This document shows, piece by piece, positions 31,681-34,230 of a stretch of DNA of 34,230 nt; the first letter of the stretch is position 1; each line of letters starts with the position of its first letter. This DNA comes from Stramenopiles sp. TOSAG23-2. Taxonomy: Eukaryota. The notes under the pieces were generated by a model, which saw only the letters and a list, made by a program, of their open reading frames with translations, searched no databases and was not told where the DNA came from. Location: NCBI GenBank assembly GCA_900128395.1, contig LT649350.1, positions 1 to 34,230 of the forward strand, given 5' to 3'. The translations under genes were made by a program, and so were the position numbers.

Positions 31681-33414
31681 ATGGAACGGGAAGAAGTAAT
31701 ATCGTTAAAAAAATTAATACAAAATACAACTTATAATTTACATTTTAAATTAAAAAAAATAATAACAAGTGAAAGTGCTAAAAATGGCCAATTAAACGTT
31801 GTACGTGAAGAAATAGAAACCTTTTTCGATGAAGCATGGGTACAATTAATTAAACTATTAGGGATTATCAATTGGATGGTGGAGCACAACCGTGAAGGAT
31901 TGCAAACAATTGAAGATTGTCGAAAATTAATGATGCAAATTACAAGTACAAAATCATTTTTAGTAAGTGCAAGTTTAGAATTAACAAATAAAGGATTACC
32001 TTCCTTGAATAATAATAATAATAGTAATAATTTGGATGTTATTTCTTCTTCCATATCGGTATTTGATGTCAATACGGCGATTGATTTATCAACAACTGGT
32101 ACATTCCAACGCATGCCGTTGTTTCCATTTGGATATAGAAGAGTTGGCAGCGAATTAAACATTGGCCCGCAAGAACGTCTATCAATTTCAATTGTTGAAA
32201 AGGAAATGAATAATTTCATTTTAACAAAAGCTAATAAAGATATTGGTTTAAAATGGTATGATCATATTACCGTAAAAAATGGAATCTTGCTATTATCGAA
32301 AAAAAACGAATTTGATATTGAATTAACATTGAATGATGTACGTATATCATCATCATGGCGTTTAATAAGTAATCATTGCTATATAGCAGAAAAGAAACAT
32401 ATTGCATTACCAGGTAAACGACCACGATTTCATGAATTTTGTAATATTGTTCAACGTACAATGCAAAAACATCAAATTACTGGTCCAGCATTATTATTTC
32501 AATTACATCAACAATTTCCAACATGGTCGATAGATAAAACATATCTTCAAGATGCATTTTTATCGAATCAATTTGGTAATATTATTCAAGAAGCAATTGT
32601 AGATAATACTAGTACTACTAATAATAATCACGATAACAATGATAAAAGCGATCATCATGCCTTACATAAAATATACATAGCAGCTCATCGTTTTTGTTTA
32701 CAACAAGCTATGAAATATATATATTTACAAGTTGTCCATAAAAAAAATAAAAAAATGTACAATTTACATATTATAAAAAACAATGATATGTCAAACATAT
32801 CAATTATTTATTTAAAAGATACAATGTATGAAGGTGAAATATCATGTAGATTAGTTGAAAATCCATTTTGTTTAGAAGAATATGATATAAAAATTACAAA
32901 TATAAATACTAATAATGATATTATTGAAAAAGAGGAGAATAATGTTGAAGAATTATCAATAGAATTAACTTGTATAAATTTTCAATCGATCATTGTGAGT
33001 ACATTGACAAATCTTGCACAAAAACGATTGAATCGATTATATAATGATATTCATTATTTTAAAAATAGTAATAAAAACAATACAATAGATGAAAATAGAT
33101 TACAAATTAAAATGAATAGCTTTCATGAAAATTTAAGTGTAATTATACAATTTGATCAATGGACAGGAAAAGTATATTTACATCATACTATTCATTGTGA
33201 TAAACGATTATGGAAGAAAGTGAAAGGAATTGATGCAATAATATTGTATAATAATGATATATTATCAAAAAATATATTACCAACAGATCAAATTAATTTG
33301 ATTGTAAATGATTTAATACAATCGTTGACTAAATTGTTGCCATGTGTTGGTGATGATGATAGTATTACGATGTCTACGAAGAAACCTGCAAAGAAAAAAC
33401 GAAGGCGTAAATGA
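31681..33414 (+). CDS. MED14: Mediator complex subunit 14-like (N-terminal MED14 domain), short form
   Basis: ISLKKLIQ...QLIKLLGIINW and FDVNTAIDLSTTGTFQRMP match the MED14 N-terminal motifs, followed by VKNGILLL..KNEFDIELTL....SSWRL; C-terminal NLS-like KKPAKKKRRRK. Confidence 0.8.
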   Translation: MEREEVISLKKLIQNTTYNLHFKLKKIITSESAKNGQLNVVREEIETFFDEAWVQLIKLLGIINWMVEHNREGLQTIEDCRKLMMQITSTKSFLVSASLELTNKGLPSLNNNNNSNNLDVISSSISVFDVNTAIDLSTTGTFQRMPLFPFGYRRVGSELNIGPQERLSISIVEKEMNNFILTKANKDIGLKWYDHITVKNGILLLSKKNEFDIELTLNDVRISSSWRLISNHCYIAEKKHIALPGKRPRFHEFCNIVQRTMQKHQITGPALLFQLHQQFPTWSIDKTYLQDAFLSNQFGNIIQEAIVDNTSTTNNNHDNNDKSDHHALHKIYIAAHRFCLQQAMKYIYLQVVHKKNKKMYNLHIIKNNDMSNISIIYLKDTMYEGEISCRLVENPFCLEEYDIKITNINTNNDIIEKEENNVEELSIELTCINFQSIIVSTLTNLAQKRLNRLYNDIHYFKNSNKNNTIDENRLQIKMNSFHENLSVIIQFDQWTGKVYLHHTIHCDKRLWKKVKGIDAIILYNNDILSKNILPTDQINLIVNDLIQSLTKLLPCVGDDDSITMSTKKPAKKKRRRK

Positions 33415-33624
33415 TTTTTCTTTTTCATAAAAAATACATACAACGCGATATCGTAATTTTTATTTTTTTTTTTAGTAGTAGAGAAATCTCCTCTTACAAC
33501 TCCTCGTATTTATCGCTAATTATAATAGGTGGACTCATCCACATTACACTACAATATGGTATAATAATATTCACTTTTTAAAGGATTTAGAAGCTACCCA
33601 GGCTACCCACACACCACACTACTT

Positions 33625-33979
33625 ACTAGATGTGGACTTGGCACCTATGAAAATTTAGTATTCTTATTTGTACTTAAATAGACTATTTGAATTTTTTTTT
33701 TGCGGATAAATTGGTTTTTGTATTTGATATAAAAACCAAAATGGGAGAATCTGCATTTTATATCCATTTAGTATATAAATAATATATACTTAAAAGTACC
33801 AAATTTTATATTTTTGGCGAGTGCCATGAATACTTTCTTCACATTTTGCATTTTGATAGCAACCATAGGCTTGTTAGTATATGGCCATGAATACTTTCTT
33901 CACATTTATTTCGAGAGGGTACCAAAATCGTACTTGATAGAATATATGAAATTTGATAGGTGCCAAGTTTACACCGAGT
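33625..33979. mobile_element. Degenerate ~355-bp MITE-like element
   Basis: Left actagatgtggacttggcacctatgaaaattt vs reverse complement of right end actcggtgtaaacttggcacctatcaaattt (13-bp perfect core). Internal 24-bp direct repeat gccatgaatactttcttcacattt at 33823 and 33884. Confidence 0.55.
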
Positions 33980-34027
33980 CTTCGCTTGCGCTCAGAATTC
34001 CTGATTTTGGGCTGTAGCAGGCGAAGA
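33979..34027 (+). other. GC-rich 21-bp stem-loop
   Basis: tcttcgcttgc/gcaggcgaaga plus gctcagaatt/gattttgggc, 3-nt loop, 4-nt bulge; all four non-Watson-Crick pairs are G-U. Confidence 0.5.
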
Positions 34028-34230
34028 TGAGGGGATCGAGTACCACACTACTCACTCCAGCACTCCTCTGCACCTCTCCTCCTCCTCCGTCTACCTTTTT
34101 TTAGACTTATCATCATTTTTTTTTTTAAATTATTAAATTAAAATGTGCATTGCCAGATTGACCTATAATACGTCGCTTCGCTCCTTGCTTCATTTTAAAA
34201 GGAGAGAAGCAAGACGTAGAAGACGAGACA

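Overview
AT-rich, gene-dense, intron-poor eukaryotic DNA with poly-Asn/Asp/Lys tracts, (TA)n microsatellites, standard genetic code and one clear GT-AG intron. It looks like a protist, possibly a stramenopile; that taxon call is inference. About 13 protein genes in order: an EF-hand-like/IQ/WW coiled-coil protein, a Glo3-type ArfGAP, then four consecutive genes from mainly prokaryotic families (frameshifted GT-A glycosyltransferase, stand-alone FkbH, Met-zincin metalloprotease, mannonate dehydratase UxuA), an Orai-like 4-TM protein, an OSCA/TMEM63 channel, a multi-cNMP-binding protein, an orphan ORF, a peroxisomal-type solute carrier, a two-exon HSF-GAF transcription factor (exon 1 is missing from the ORF track) and a short MED14. 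Intergenic DNA holds three inverted-repeat (MITE-like) elements, an 82-bp dispersed repeat, GCTGG arrays, a recurrent TGCCAG motif and a TCGTA motif clustered after stop codons. The most interesting items are the HSF-GAF fusion, the carrier-less FkbH within the bacterial-type gene run, and the 55-bp perfect inverted repeat. All calls come from motif recognition by eye; no searches were run.
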